A stretch of 26,772 nt of DNA from Candidatus Odinarchaeota archaeon (GCA_038826135.1 JAWBON010000012.1:1-26772); one strand, 5' to 3'. Positions 16,169 through 25,322 are shown, counted from the first letter of the stretch. Numbers and translations are program-made. Notes: generated by a model from the sequence alone, not told the origin.

Positions 16169-16450
16169 AGTAACCCCTGAAAAAAAACACAGTATTTATT
16201 ATAAAAATTGTGCACTTGTTCGATATAAAGTTTGTGATAGACAACGTAATATATGATAAATAAAGAGATTAAAATAATGTTTTTACCAAATAAAACGATA
16301 AAAAATTGATTAAGATTAAAAAACGTTTTTAAAAACCCTAGAAAAGATTTATAGCTAACCTAAAACTTATTTTATAATAATTTTTTAACACGACAGTAGA
16401 GTTTAAAAGGGAATAAATAAAGGCTATATCTGCAAGAAGAGGGGATAAAA

Positions 16451-16762
16451 ATGAAAACTTTACTTGTAGCACATGATATAAAGGAAAAAATCATGAATAT
16501 CGCGCAAAGGACAAACGAGTTTATAACAAAACAGTCGCCGGAGGGGACACTACTAGTATATGAGGAGTTAAATAATATATGGAAGTACTTGAACAGGCTT
16601 CAATCCTTTGAAACAAAGTATATAATAGAGATCATAATCAACATGTCAATAGCCTTCGAAGCGTATTTTGCAGGGGCAATAACAAAAGAGGAGCTTATAA
16701 CAAATATTTTAAAAAACAAAATCGTCAGCGAGTTGATAAACCATTTAAAAACCATAAATTAG
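16451..16762 (+). CDS. Small helical hypothetical protein (paralog of 17058..17354)
   Basis: GAGGGG SD before ATG; first of three closely spaced co-directional ORFs. Confidence 0.7.
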   Translation: MKTLLVAHDIKEKIMNIAQRTNEFITKQSPEGTLLVYEELNNIWKYLNRLQSFETKYIIEIIINMSIAFEAYFAGAITKEELITNILKNKIVSELINHLKTIN

Positions 16763-16775
16763 AGGGGTTTTGGAG

Positions 16776-17012
16776 ATGGGGGAGAAGCAGCTTAGTTATC
16801 TGTTTAACTTACTTAAAGGATTACAGAGCGGCGATATCCTAATGGATGGACAAGGTCATGAACGCTTTAAATTGGTGTTTAAGGAAGCGTATTATAATAT
16901 AGACACTATTAAAATATTTTTAAATCTTCTTGAAAAAGTAACAGATGATCAGATTAAAGCATATATGAGGGAGATTGATAACAGTAAATGTGAAGTTTAT
17001 ATACACCTTTAA
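16776..17012 (+). CDS. Small hypothetical protein
   Basis: GAGGGG/GGAG SD; ATG 16776 or TTG 16770; starts 7-13 nt after the previous stop. Confidence 0.65.
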   Translation: MGEKQLSYLFNLLKGLQSGDILMDGQGHERFKLVFKEAYYNIDTIKIFLNLLEKVTDDQIKAYMREIDNSKCEVYIHL

Positions 17013-17057
17013 TTTACTATATTATATAGTAGTACTACGAAAATTGTGGTGTAATAA

Positions 17058-17354
17058 TTGAGCATAGACTTAGAGCTCAAACAGATAAGTTCAATGTTGG
17101 GGATAGGAGACGAGGAAGAATTCAGAGTCGACGAGCTTCAAAACCACATAGACAGGGTATGGCAGATAATAAATAACAAACAAAGAGATATCAACGATAT
17201 AATCCTGAACCATTTATGCAATCTTGTAACAAAGCTAGCTATAATTGTAGACGCTTATAGAGCTAAAATGGTAAGATTCGAAAGTTTAAAGGTGTATGTT
17301 GAAAAAGAGGGTTTAGCAGCCCGCCTTCTAGAATTATCAAAAAATATAAGTTAA
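17058..17354 (+). CDS. Small helical hypothetical protein (paralog of 16451..16762)
   Basis: TTG start after GTGGTG; aligns by eye with the ORF at 16451. Confidence 0.7.
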   Translation: MSIDLELKQISSMLGIGDEEEFRVDELQNHIDRVWQIINNKQRDINDIILNHLCNLVTKLAIIVDAYRAKMVRFESLKVYVEKEGLAARLLELSKNIS

Positions 17355-17375
17355 GCGAAATAAGATGAAAAAATC

Positions 17376-17981
17376 TTATCTGGCTGCAGCTGCAACTCTT
17401 TCACGCTCTTCCTTTCGGCTCACAGCGTAGCTTTTAGGATTATTCTCAGCCGCGGCTATCAGCTCATCAGCCACACATTCTTCAATAGTGGAGGAGTTCT
17501 TTTTACTAGCTTTTAAAGCACCTTGAGCTAGAAACCGTAAAGCGATGTCAACACGTCTCTGAGGGGACATGTCAACAGATTGATGGTATACCACACCACC
17601 ATAACTTATCCGCGTGGTATCCTCACGAGGAGCAGAATTAATAACAGCGTCTATTAAAACTTGAATGGGATTCTTCCCCGTTTTCAAATTGATTATTTCA
17701 AAAGCGTTTTTAACAATGGTGATCGCGGTCTGCTTCTTACCTGTAGCCACACACATTTTAATATGCTTTCCACCTTTCCCCTTAGCTAAACCAACAGAGG
17801 TAAGCCTGTTCACAAATCGTTCAACTATAGGAACCTCTGATTTACCGAATCTTCTATGCTCGTGTCTACCACCAGTATGGGGTAGCACAACAGGCTTCAA
17901 GGATATGTAACGTTGAAGACCTAAATCATTCACTTGAAGATTATCATAATCCCATTTATTAAATAATTTTATATCGCTCAC
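17376..17981 (-). CDS. rps7: 30S ribosomal protein S7 (uS7), archaeal type
   Basis: IKLFNKW, LPHTGGRH, PIVERFVNRL, NPIQVLIDAVINSAPRED, SPQRRVDIALR and EERERVAAAAR. Likely start GTG 17981. Confidence 0.97.
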   Translation of the reverse strand: MSDIKLFNKWDYDNLQVNDLGLQRYISLKPVVLPHTGGRHEHRRFGKSEVPIVERFVNRLTSVGLAKGKGGKHIKMCVATGKKQTAITIVKNAFEIINLKTGKNPIQVLIDAVINSAPREDTTRISYGGVVYHQSVDMSPQRRVDIALRFLAQGALKASKKNSSTIEECVADELIAAAENNPKSYAVSRKEERERVAAAAR

Positions 17982-18140
17982 AGCAACCACTTCTAAACAC
18001 AAGACTGTGAAGTAAAGCCTTACCTATAATGATAACTATATTATTTAAATCTTTTTCCACGCGTGTACTTACAGAAGATACTGTTAACATTTTATTCCGC
18101 TAAAATACTATTAAATATCATCTTCAACATACTTTCATAT

Positions 18141-18734
18141 ATGCCAGATAAACTAGGTGTTGAAGCTAAATATTTTTTTAATAAAGAGAAAGCCGGAGCA
18201 TACGAACATAATAAATCAATAATTAAAGCACAGATAAAAATGGCTGAACGATTAAGCGAACTAATCAAACTTGGAGTAAACCAGCTTCTACTCGAGTTAG
18301 GCTGCGGAACAGGCATTGCCAGTGTACACTTCAAAGAGAAAGCGGGCAGAGCCGTAGGCGTTGACTTATCGATTGAAATGTTAAACTACGCTAACAATAA
18401 AAACATCGATATTGTAAACGCTGATTTTAAAAACATACCTTTCAGAGATCGGGTTTTCAACGCGGTCACCTCCATCTCCTCTCTTCAATGGATTTGGGGT
18501 TCAACACTAGAGCAGGTAATAAGTAAATATACAATGGTTATTAAAGAAATTAAAAGAGTTATTCAAAAGGATGGTGTGGTTGGAGTACAATTCTATCCGC
18601 AGAGTATGAGGGAATTTGATTTTGTAACCGGATTATTCAAGAAAAACGGGTTTGAAGGAGCCATTATAATAGACGCCCCGGACACACCTAGAAAAACCAA
18701 AAAATACCTTATTTTAAGCTTGCGAAGTAGATAA
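18141..18734 (+). CDS. Bud23/WBSCR22-like SAM-dependent (rRNA guanine-N7) methyltransferase
   Basis: Q-x-KMAER...LLELGCGTG, GVDLS, IPFR...FNAVTSISSLQW, VQFYP, GF-x-G-x-IID-x-P...KKYLIL. The order and content match the Bud23 catalytic domain as I recall it. Likely start ATG 18141. Confidence 0.75.
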   Translation: MPDKLGVEAKYFFNKEKAGAYEHNKSIIKAQIKMAERLSELIKLGVNQLLLELGCGTGIASVHFKEKAGRAVGVDLSIEMLNYANNKNIDIVNADFKNIPFRDRVFNAVTSISSLQWIWGSTLEQVISKYTMVIKEIKRVIQKDGVVGVQFYPQSMREFDFVTGLFKKNGFEGAIIIDAPDTPRKTKKYLILSLRSR

Positions 18735-18736
18735 AA

Positions 18737-19264
18737 TCAACCTATGAAGAGCTGATTAATAACCCCCTTTCTATTCAGTAAACAGTAGGCGAATACTAAC
18801 ACAGTCATAACTGTGAAAACAATATATAAGAAGTTAGACGCTAGCACCAGATTATTAAATATAATAATACTGTTAAAAGACCCGGCGTAGATAGGCCAAA
18901 ACAACGGGTTATAAGGGTGTTGCATAGCATCTAAAAAAACATGAGATAATACTCCTATAACTGCGGAAATGGTTAAAATCTTATAAGATTTAACAGGAAA
19001 TGACGGATCAACTAAAAGCTTTTTAAAAAAAATTTTATAAAGAGGGTAGAATAGGAGGATACTTAAAGGAACACCTAAAAATATAGAGCCTATTAAACTG
19101 TGAAGAATTAAGCGGTCGATTAAACCGTTAGTTATAAAAAATATAAAAGGTATCTCAATATCTGATATCATAGAGGATACGATGAGCACAGGTAAACTGA
19201 GATTTCTCTTAGAAATATAATAGGTTATAAACGCTATAGGGTAATGTAACGGTGTAAGTGGCAA
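18737..19264 (-). CDS. DUF4184-like membrane-bound metal-dependent hydrolase family protein
   Basis: MPLTPLH, SMISDIE, HSLIG, SHVFLD and PLFWP, with several TM helices. Confidence 0.7.
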   Translation of the reverse strand: MPLTPLHYPIAFITYYISKRNLSLPVLIVSSMISDIEIPFIFFITNGLIDRLILHSLIGSIFLGVPLSILLFYPLYKIFFKKLLVDPSFPVKSYKILTISAVIGVLSHVFLDAMQHPYNPLFWPIYAGSFNSIIIFNNLVLASNFLYIVFTVMTVLVFAYCLLNRKGVINQLFIG

Positions 19265-19344
19265 AAAACAACCCCGCTCATACGATTACAGTTTTAAGCT
19301 AATATCACAAACACAATATAAAAATATATTCAAGGTGAGATTAA

Positions 19345-19689
19345 ATGTATATTAGAAAAGTTAAGGATGTTAAAGCACAATTAGTTAATCAAGAAGGTGT
19401 CAAAGACACTTATATCCAAATCCTTATAAATAGAGTGAACGGTGGCGCTGAGAATTTCGCGATGAGACGCTTCACAGTTAAACCAGGCGGTGAGATTGGC
19501 CTCCACAGCCATAACTGGGAGCATGAGATCTTCATATTACAGGGAAAAGGCATATTAAAAAACAGTCATAAAACCTACAAGGTTGAAGAAAACACAGTTA
19601 TTTATATACCACCGAACGAGGAGCATTATTATAAGAACACGGGTAAAGAAGACCTGATATTTCTATGCATGATACCAATAACAGACTAA
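19345..19689 (+). CDS. Cupin domain protein (TM1459-like)
   Basis: NFAMRRF, HSHNWEHE and PPNEEH...N cupin metal motifs. Confidence 0.9.
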   Translation: MYIRKVKDVKAQLVNQEGVKDTYIQILINRVNGGAENFAMRRFTVKPGGEIGLHSHNWEHEIFILQGKGILKNSHKTYKVEENTVIYIPPNEEHYYKNTGKEDLIFLCMIPITD

Positions 19690-20111
19690 CCGCTAATTTT
19701 TTTGATAATGCGTCTTAAATCAGCCGTATTCTTATAAACTTCACGAATGTAATCGTGAATGGTTTTATACCGTGTTCTAACCTGCCAATTTTTCTGAACA
19801 GCTTCATCATCACATTTCTTTAAATTAGCTAATATGTGGATTATATCGTTTTCAACCCTCTTAATCTTATTTACAAGACTGATTTTATCGTTAAGAAGCG
19901 ATTTCTGATGTTGAAGCTCTTCAAACTCTTTCAGCCATATCTGAACCTGAATATCAGAGGATTTAACCCAGTAATAATTTGCATAATACTTGTAAAAATT
20001 AGCCATCCTCTCTTTTTCAACAATGTTTTTAAAAGCCTCTTCCAGTTTCGACCTAGCGGTTTTAAGGTTTTTTTGAAGAATACGAATACTCTGAGGCAAG
20101 TTTAACACCAT
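19686..20111 (-). CDS. Hypothetical coiled-coil protein
   Basis: Helical/heptad composition; convergent 4-nt overlap with the cupin gene. Confidence 0.65.
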   Translation of the reverse strand: MVLNLPQSIRILQKNLKTARSKLEEAFKNIVEKERMANFYKYYANYYWVKSSDIQVQIWLKEFEELQHQKSLLNDKISLVNKIKRVENDIIHILANLKKCDDEAVQKNWQVRTRYKTIHDYIREVYKNTADLRRIIKKISG

Positions 20112-20195
20112 ATTATTATTTCCTAACAGAATATAATAAATTTTACTTCACAACACACAGGTTTCCAAATTTGATACAACGAGGTTTATTCAAAC

Positions 20196-20936
20196 TCACT
20201 TATACACTTTTATCCAGTGCTCTACCCTCTCCCTCCAAGCGGGTACTGTTATAAGCGCTGCGATAAGTTTAGCTTCATGAATATTTCTCTTCTTTATAAG
20301 AGCTACAGCGATATATGTGAAAGCGTTAGAGCGTTGAATAGGATCCTCAATTTCATTAGCTACAAGTATAGCTTCATCTGTCTGCTCCTTAAAACTGAAT
20401 GCTTTGACAATATATAATAATGCCAGAGATTTAAAAAAAGGATTTTTTATCTCAGAAACTGTCTCCCGAGATTCTTTAAAGTCACCGATCTTTGATTGAA
20501 CATCAACCAGTGAGCAGAGTAATTCATCTCTATCACCTTCAGTATATCTTTTAAGAGCATCTAAAACATACTTGATTATTTTATGCGTCTCCTGGATTAA
20601 CCCTATTCTGAAATACGAGACCGCGATCTTTAAAGCCAGATTTATCTTAGAGTTCCCCTCACTTAAAGAATCAAGCTTCACCTGAGCTTGTTTAAGAACT
20701 TCTTGCAATTTATTGACCATACCCATCTCTGAAAGCTTCATATTAAAATAATCATCGGTGGCGATTTTAATAAATAATTCCGGGACCTGTATTTCAGGTA
20801 AATATTTAAGCGCGTCGTTGAAACAACCAGACTTAAATAGTAAAACACAGGCTTCAAAAAATTTCTCTGAGCGTTTAACAGGCTCTGTTTCAGCAACAGC
20901 CGCGTTTAAAGCATCTGCCGCAGTTATCAAACTCAT
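20196..20936 (-). CDS. Alpha-solenoid (TPR-like) repeat protein
   Basis: About 33-aa periodicity (EIKNPFFKSLALLYIV... / EIEDPIQRSNAFTYIA... / LITVPAWRERV). Likely start ATG 20936. Confidence 0.7.
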   Translation of the reverse strand: MSLITAADALNAAVAETEPVKRSEKFFEACVLLFKSGCFNDALKYLPEIQVPELFIKIATDDYFNMKLSEMGMVNKLQEVLKQAQVKLDSLSEGNSKINLALKIAVSYFRIGLIQETHKIIKYVLDALKRYTEGDRDELLCSLVDVQSKIGDFKESRETVSEIKNPFFKSLALLYIVKAFSFKEQTDEAILVANEIEDPIQRSNAFTYIAVALIKKRNIHEAKLIAALITVPAWRERVEHWIKVYK

Positions 20937-21025
20937 ACAGTTCCACATCCATTAAACACTCATATTTTTAGTTTAACATTTATATAAAGATGGAAACTAC
21001 GCTTTAAAGTGTATATTCAATATTA

Positions 21026-21045
21026 TTTATAACGTATGTTATAAA
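21026..21045. promoter_or_regulatory. 8-bp inverted repeat upstream of mobB, candidate operator
   Basis: TTTATAAC-GTAT-GTTATAAA, 17 nt before the mobB ATG, in a divergent intergenic region. Confidence 0.35.
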
Positions 21046-21062
21046 CGTGGACGGCGGTTAAA

Positions 21063-21851
21063 ATGAACCCGATCATATGTATACTAGGAAAAAAGGATAC
21101 AGGTAAAACAGGTCTGGCTGAAAAGATAATATATAATTTGGCTAATCGTAAAATTAAGGTTGCTGCCGCCAAGCATACAACTCACATGGTTGAATTAGAT
21201 AGGGAGGGAACGGATAGCTACCGTTTTCAGAAAGCAGGAGCCGACCCTGTTATACTTTTTTCAGCAAGCGGTGTTTTCACATACATGGTATCGGAGAACA
21301 GGGTGTCTTCAGTCGATGAGATTGAAAAAAAGATTAACACAGCGGTTGACGTTATAATATTAGAGGGGTTCTCTGAAACTGTTAAAAAAGATAATCGTGT
21401 AGCTAAGATTATCTGCTACTCTAGCAGAGAGCAGCTTCAAGAATACTTTAATAATATAACCCCGCCAATACTAGGGTACTATTCTTACAAGGATATTGAT
21501 AGCATTGATTTTAATGAGTTAATGAAGAGAATAGATGATTACATAGTGGGGTTTAAAACAATTTACAATTTCTACAATCTTCTCCCTAAAATAGATTGTT
21601 TAAAATGCGGTTATAATAATTGTTTTGAAATGGCTAGAAAAATATATGAAGGTGAAAATGATTTAAGCGATTGCCCTGTAATCTCGGCTGAATTTTCAAA
21701 CATAGAAGTGACTGTGAACGGTACAAGACTTTCTCTAAAACCGTTTCCAGCTAAGATAATAAGGAACACCGTGATCGCTTTAATATCTAGTTTGAAACAG
21801 GTTGATGAGAAACTGGAGGGGAAGATTACAATAAACATAAATAAAAATTGA
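21063..21851 (+). CDS. mobB: Molybdopterin-guanine dinucleotide biosynthesis protein MobB with C-terminal Fe-S domain
   Basis: P-loop GKKDTGKT, KHTTH, DREGTDSYRF...GAD, ILEGF; LPKIDCLKCGYNNC...CP four-Cys FeS domain. Confidence 0.9.
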   Translation: MNPIICILGKKDTGKTGLAEKIIYNLANRKIKVAAAKHTTHMVELDREGTDSYRFQKAGADPVILFSASGVFTYMVSENRVSSVDEIEKKINTAVDVIILEGFSETVKKDNRVAKIICYSSREQLQEYFNNITPPILGYYSYKDIDSIDFNELMKRIDDYIVGFKTIYNFYNLLPKIDCLKCGYNNCFEMARKIYEGENDLSDCPVISAEFSNIEVTVNGTRLSLKPFPAKIIRNTVIALISSLKQVDEKLEGKITININKN

Positions 21852-21912
21852 GTTATCCACCTCTGTAAGCAGGCAGACTCGCTGGTATCCCTACCAGTAA
21901 AAGTGTTAAAAT

Positions 21913-22581
21913 TCAACCGGTTTTACGAGTATTACTAGAAAACCTGTTTTCAACCGCTTCAATATCCTCTTCTGATAAGAGTCTGAACCCTTTTTTATCT
22001 ATTACAGCCACACTTATCTTATTACCTGAGAATACATCTCGTTTCTTAGCGGCGGAAATAGCTCTTACAGATAGTTCAACCGCCTCTTTCTCACTCAGCC
22101 CGTCTTTATAAGAATCCTCTAAAACACCGTAAGCTATAACTGAACCTGAGCCGGTTGAAGTGAACTTATCAGGTATAAGAGAGCCAGCTGCATCCAAGCT
22201 GTATAGGTGAGGCCCCTCCTCATCCACACCGCCGATTAGAAGAGCGGTCATCAAGTATAATGGCCGCTGACCGAAGAGAATATTAGATATAAGTTTAGCT
22301 GCTGCTTTAACAGGCATCCTTCTACCCTTATCGTAAAAATATAGTTTTACAAGAGCTTTAGCCTGATCCACCATAGATTGAGCGTCAGCAACGGAACCTG
22401 CTATCGTCATACCGATATGCTCATCTATCATTAAAACTTTTTTACCTGTCTTACTCGCCACATAGTATCCTTCAGATACTCGACTTTCACTTGCGAGAAC
22501 AACACCGTCACTGTAAACTAATCCTAAAGTGGTTGTACCTGTTTGAAAACCTGGTGTTTTATACTGTTTATTATTTAACAT
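21913..22581 (-). CDS. psmB: Proteasome subunit beta
   Basis: 15-aa propeptide ending TG|TTTLGL (Thr1), ASESR, KK, TIAGSVADAQ, TGSGS and KRDVFSG. Confidence 0.96.
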   Translation of the reverse strand: MLNNKQYKTPGFQTGTTTLGLVYSDGVVLASESRVSEGYYVASKTGKKVLMIDEHIGMTIAGSVADAQSMVDQAKALVKLYFYDKGRRMPVKAAAKLISNILFGQRPLYLMTALLIGGVDEEGPHLYSLDAAGSLIPDKFTSTGSGSVIAYGVLEDSYKDGLSEKEAVELSVRAISAAKKRDVFSGNKISVAVIDKKGFRLLSEEDIEAVENRFSSNTRKTG

Positions 22582-22778
22582 ATCCTACCATCTCAGACAA
22601 TTTTTAAAACATTCTTGAAACTTATTTACAGCGTAAAACAGCTCAAATTAATAGAGCGCTGTTAAATTAATAATGCGAGTACTCTTATTTATCGAAGATT
22701 AATTTAGAATATAAGCATTATGTACTTGACTAAAGTAGATATTCTATATAAATCATAGAAGCTAGTTTTTTCAAGATT

Positions 22779-23534
22779 TTAGAAAGGATATACCCGTTCC
22801 ATGATAGAGTTATCCGCTGTTATCCGCCTTGTTAAATACCCTTTTCTTTTAACAGAGTATCTTAACTGGGAGCGGGGTATTTTATCCCTATCGGGAGGGA
22901 AAACCAACTCATTTATTGTAAAAGATGATTCAACCTTTATTGATTCGCAAGCATGTTTATCTGTAGATAAATCCGGTACTAAGACAGTTAATATGTTGAA
23001 AGACGAATCCCTGAGTTCACCGGTATCCAACCGCATGATTATAAATGATGGGGGTGTTTCAGATCTTTCTATTTTAGGTTTAGGGATTCGAGATCCGGTT
23101 TTAATATTAGAGTATAATCCACCCTCAGGCTTAATATTAAGTAGAATAGCTGTGACAGCTTCACATTCTAGAATTTTAAGCAACACCCCTCTGTTAAATG
23201 AGCCGGATATATCAGCATAGTATAGTGGTGGGGAGGTTTTCATAGATGATACACCCAGCTCTTTAAGCTCGCTGCTAATATCTTTAACCGTGTAAATTTT
23301 ACCTTTCAAATTAAATAATTCGCAACCTATTTCAGAGATGAATAAAAACTCAAGAAAACTGGCATATTCATAATCCGCGGCTATTGTGAACTTACTGCCT
23401 TTCTTTTTAATAAGCAGATCAGGCCCTGGAAACTCTCCTTTACTATATTTTACAAGATGTTTATGAACATCCTCATCTACGACATTGCTGATAATCTTAT
23501 TTATATAGAAACTATTGAAGCCCATATTCATCAA
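22779..23534 (-). CDS. Conserved-looking archaeal hypothetical protein
   Basis: 251-aa ORF; DEDVHKHLVKYSKGEF and KRKGYLTRRIT look like family motifs, but I cannot assign a function. Confidence 0.7.
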   Translation of the reverse strand: MMNMGFNSFYINKIISNVVDEDVHKHLVKYSKGEFPGPDLLIKKKGSKFTIAADYEYASFLEFLFISEIGCELFNLKGKIYTVKDISSELKELGVSSMKTSPPLYYADISGSFNRGVLLKILECEAVTAILLNIKPEGGLYSNIKTGSRIPKPKIERSETPPSFIIMRLDTGELRDSSFNILTVLVPDLSTDKHACESIKVESSFTINELVFPPDRDKIPRSQLRYSVKRKGYLTRRITADNSIMERVYPF

Positions 23535-23588
23535 CCAGTATGTTTTATGATTAAAAAACAGATTTATATTAAACTTACTGATAAGTTT

Positions 23589-24431
23589 TTAAGATAACCC
23601 GGTTAATCTTAAGCTTAAATCCCATAGTCTGCTAGCTATACTTTCATCATAGGCGATACTAGCAGGTTTAGCTTCAATTCGGCCTTTAAAGTATTTTCCA
23701 GTAACATCCTCTAAATCAGGTGATGTGGCTAAATATATTAAATCATCCGCAGCTTTTTCAGGAGGTTTACCGAATAGAAGAGAAGCGGCTTTAAACCCGA
23801 ACCTGTAGACTCCTTTAAGCCCTCTGCTGATACCTGTTTTAAGAAAACCTGGATGAAAACAGTTTACCGTTATGCCTGAACCGCTAAGTCTTTTAGATAA
23901 CTCGAATGTGAAAATTATTAATGCAAGTTTGGAAAGCTTATAAGCGTTGAAAGGTGTAAATTTTTTCTCACCTTGCAAATTATTGAAATCGATTTTATCG
24001 CTGTGGAAAGCTGAAGCCACGTTTACTATACGAGAAGGAGGGTTTATTCTTAAATTATCTATTAACAGGTTTGTTAAAAGAAACGGTGCAAGATAGTTGA
24101 CAGCGAAGGTTGCCTCATAGCCGTCAACTGTTAAAACCCTGTTTTGAAGCATAACACCTGCATTATTTATCAGCAAATTAATCGCCCGATTCTCTTCTTT
24201 AAACTCTGATGCAAAGCGTCTAATACTTTTTTGAGAGGATAATTCAACCACTCTATATTCAACTGAGTGATTACCTGTTCTGCGCAGTATATCTGAAACC
24301 GTATCTTCACATCGATTTTGATTACGCCCTAAAATTATAATATTATCGAATAGTTTAGCTAAGCCGATGGCTGTAGCCTTTCCTAAACCACTTGTTCCAC
24401 CTGTGATAAGACACACCATCTTAGTCATCAT
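23589..24431 (-). CDS. Short-chain dehydrogenase/reductase (retinol-DH-like classical SDR)
   Basis: TGGTSGLG, LINNAG, FAVNYLAPFLLT, RIVNVAS, YKLSK (YxxxK) and HPGFLKT. Confidence 0.93.
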   Translation of the reverse strand: MMTKMVCLITGGTSGLGKATAIGLAKLFDNIIILGRNQNRCEDTVSDILRRTGNHSVEYRVVELSSQKSIRRFASEFKEENRAINLLINNAGVMLQNRVLTVDGYEATFAVNYLAPFLLTNLLIDNLRINPPSRIVNVASAFHSDKIDFNNLQGEKKFTPFNAYKLSKLALIIFTFELSKRLSGSGITVNCFHPGFLKTGISRGLKGVYRFGFKAASLLFGKPPEKAADDLIYLATSPDLEDVTGKYFKGRIEAKPASIAYDESIASRLWDLSLRLTGLS

Positions 24432-24464
24432 ATTAACCGTTTTGAATTAAAATTTCCAGACAGT

Positions 24465-25292
24465 TTAATATTTCAACTCGGTGTCGGCAGGATAGGAACC
24501 TAAAATCTTTAGAAAAGATGTTTTAGCCTGAAGCTGATTTAAAGTCTCTGCGATCACAGGCTCCTCCTTCACCCCTTCAAAATCAAGGTAGAAAATATAC
24601 TCCCAAGGTTTTTTCCTGTCCGGTCTTGACTCGATCTTAGTCAAGTTTATACCAGCTTCAGCTAAAGGCTTTAAACAATTATATAGGGAGCCAGGGATAT
24701 TCTTTATCGAGAAAACTATTGTAGTCTTATTCTTCACACCCTTAATGGAACTTTTAAGCGATATTATGAAGAAGCGAGTGTAATTGTTAGAAACGCTTTC
24801 AATAGATTCAGCCAATATATTCATGTTATAAATTTCAGCTGCATAACGGCTGGCTATAGCTGCTGCGCTTTTTAAATTTTTCTCCTTAATATATTTAACA
24901 CTACCCGCAGTGTCGTAAAAGGGGATAATTCTCTTATTTATTTTTTTAAGAAATAAGTCGCATTGCGCTATAGCTTGAGGATGAGCGTAAACGTCTTCGA
25001 TATTTGAGAGGGTAACACCTTTATTAGCGATTAAATTATGTTTTATTCTAAGAATTTTTTCACCAACTATGTTTACAGTATAATTTAAAAGTAGATCATA
25101 GGTGTCAACTATACTCCCAGCGTAAGAGTTCTCCACAGGCACCACACCGTAGTCAACACTTGTATTTATAACGTTTTCAAAAACTTCTTGGAAACTATAA
25201 CATGGTTTAAGAGATATTTTCTTGCCAAAATATTCTAGCGCAGCTTCCTCGCTGTAGGCTCCTCTTTCACCTTGAAAAGCAACACTTAACAT
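24465..25292 (-). CDS. pheA: Prephenate dehydratase (monofunctional, PDT + ACT)
   Basis: VAFQGERGAYSEEA, VPVENS, HPQAIAQC, NYTRF, NLTKIESRP and YIFYLDFEG. Confidence 0.96.
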   Translation of the reverse strand: MLSVAFQGERGAYSEEAALEYFGKKISLKPCYSFQEVFENVINTSVDYGVVPVENSYAGSIVDTYDLLLNYTVNIVGEKILRIKHNLIANKGVTLSNIEDVYAHPQAIAQCDLFLKKINKRIIPFYDTAGSVKYIKEKNLKSAAAIASRYAAEIYNMNILAESIESVSNNYTRFFIISLKSSIKGVKNKTTIVFSIKNIPGSLYNCLKPLAEAGINLTKIESRPDRKKPWEYIFYLDFEGVKEEPVIAETLNQLQAKTSFLKILGSYPADTELKY

Positions 25293-25322
25293 TCACATGC
25301 TCACCGTTTAAGTTTAACCAGA

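Noticed and set aside
16169-16450. Long AT-rich spacer as a replication origin
   Set aside because: No ORB-like repeats and no adjacent cdc6/orc1; better explained as a divergent promoter region.
22628-22663. Possible hairpin ACAGC...GCTC...GAGC-GCTGT upstream of psmB
   Set aside because: Short stems with a large bulge; no ncRNA family signature.
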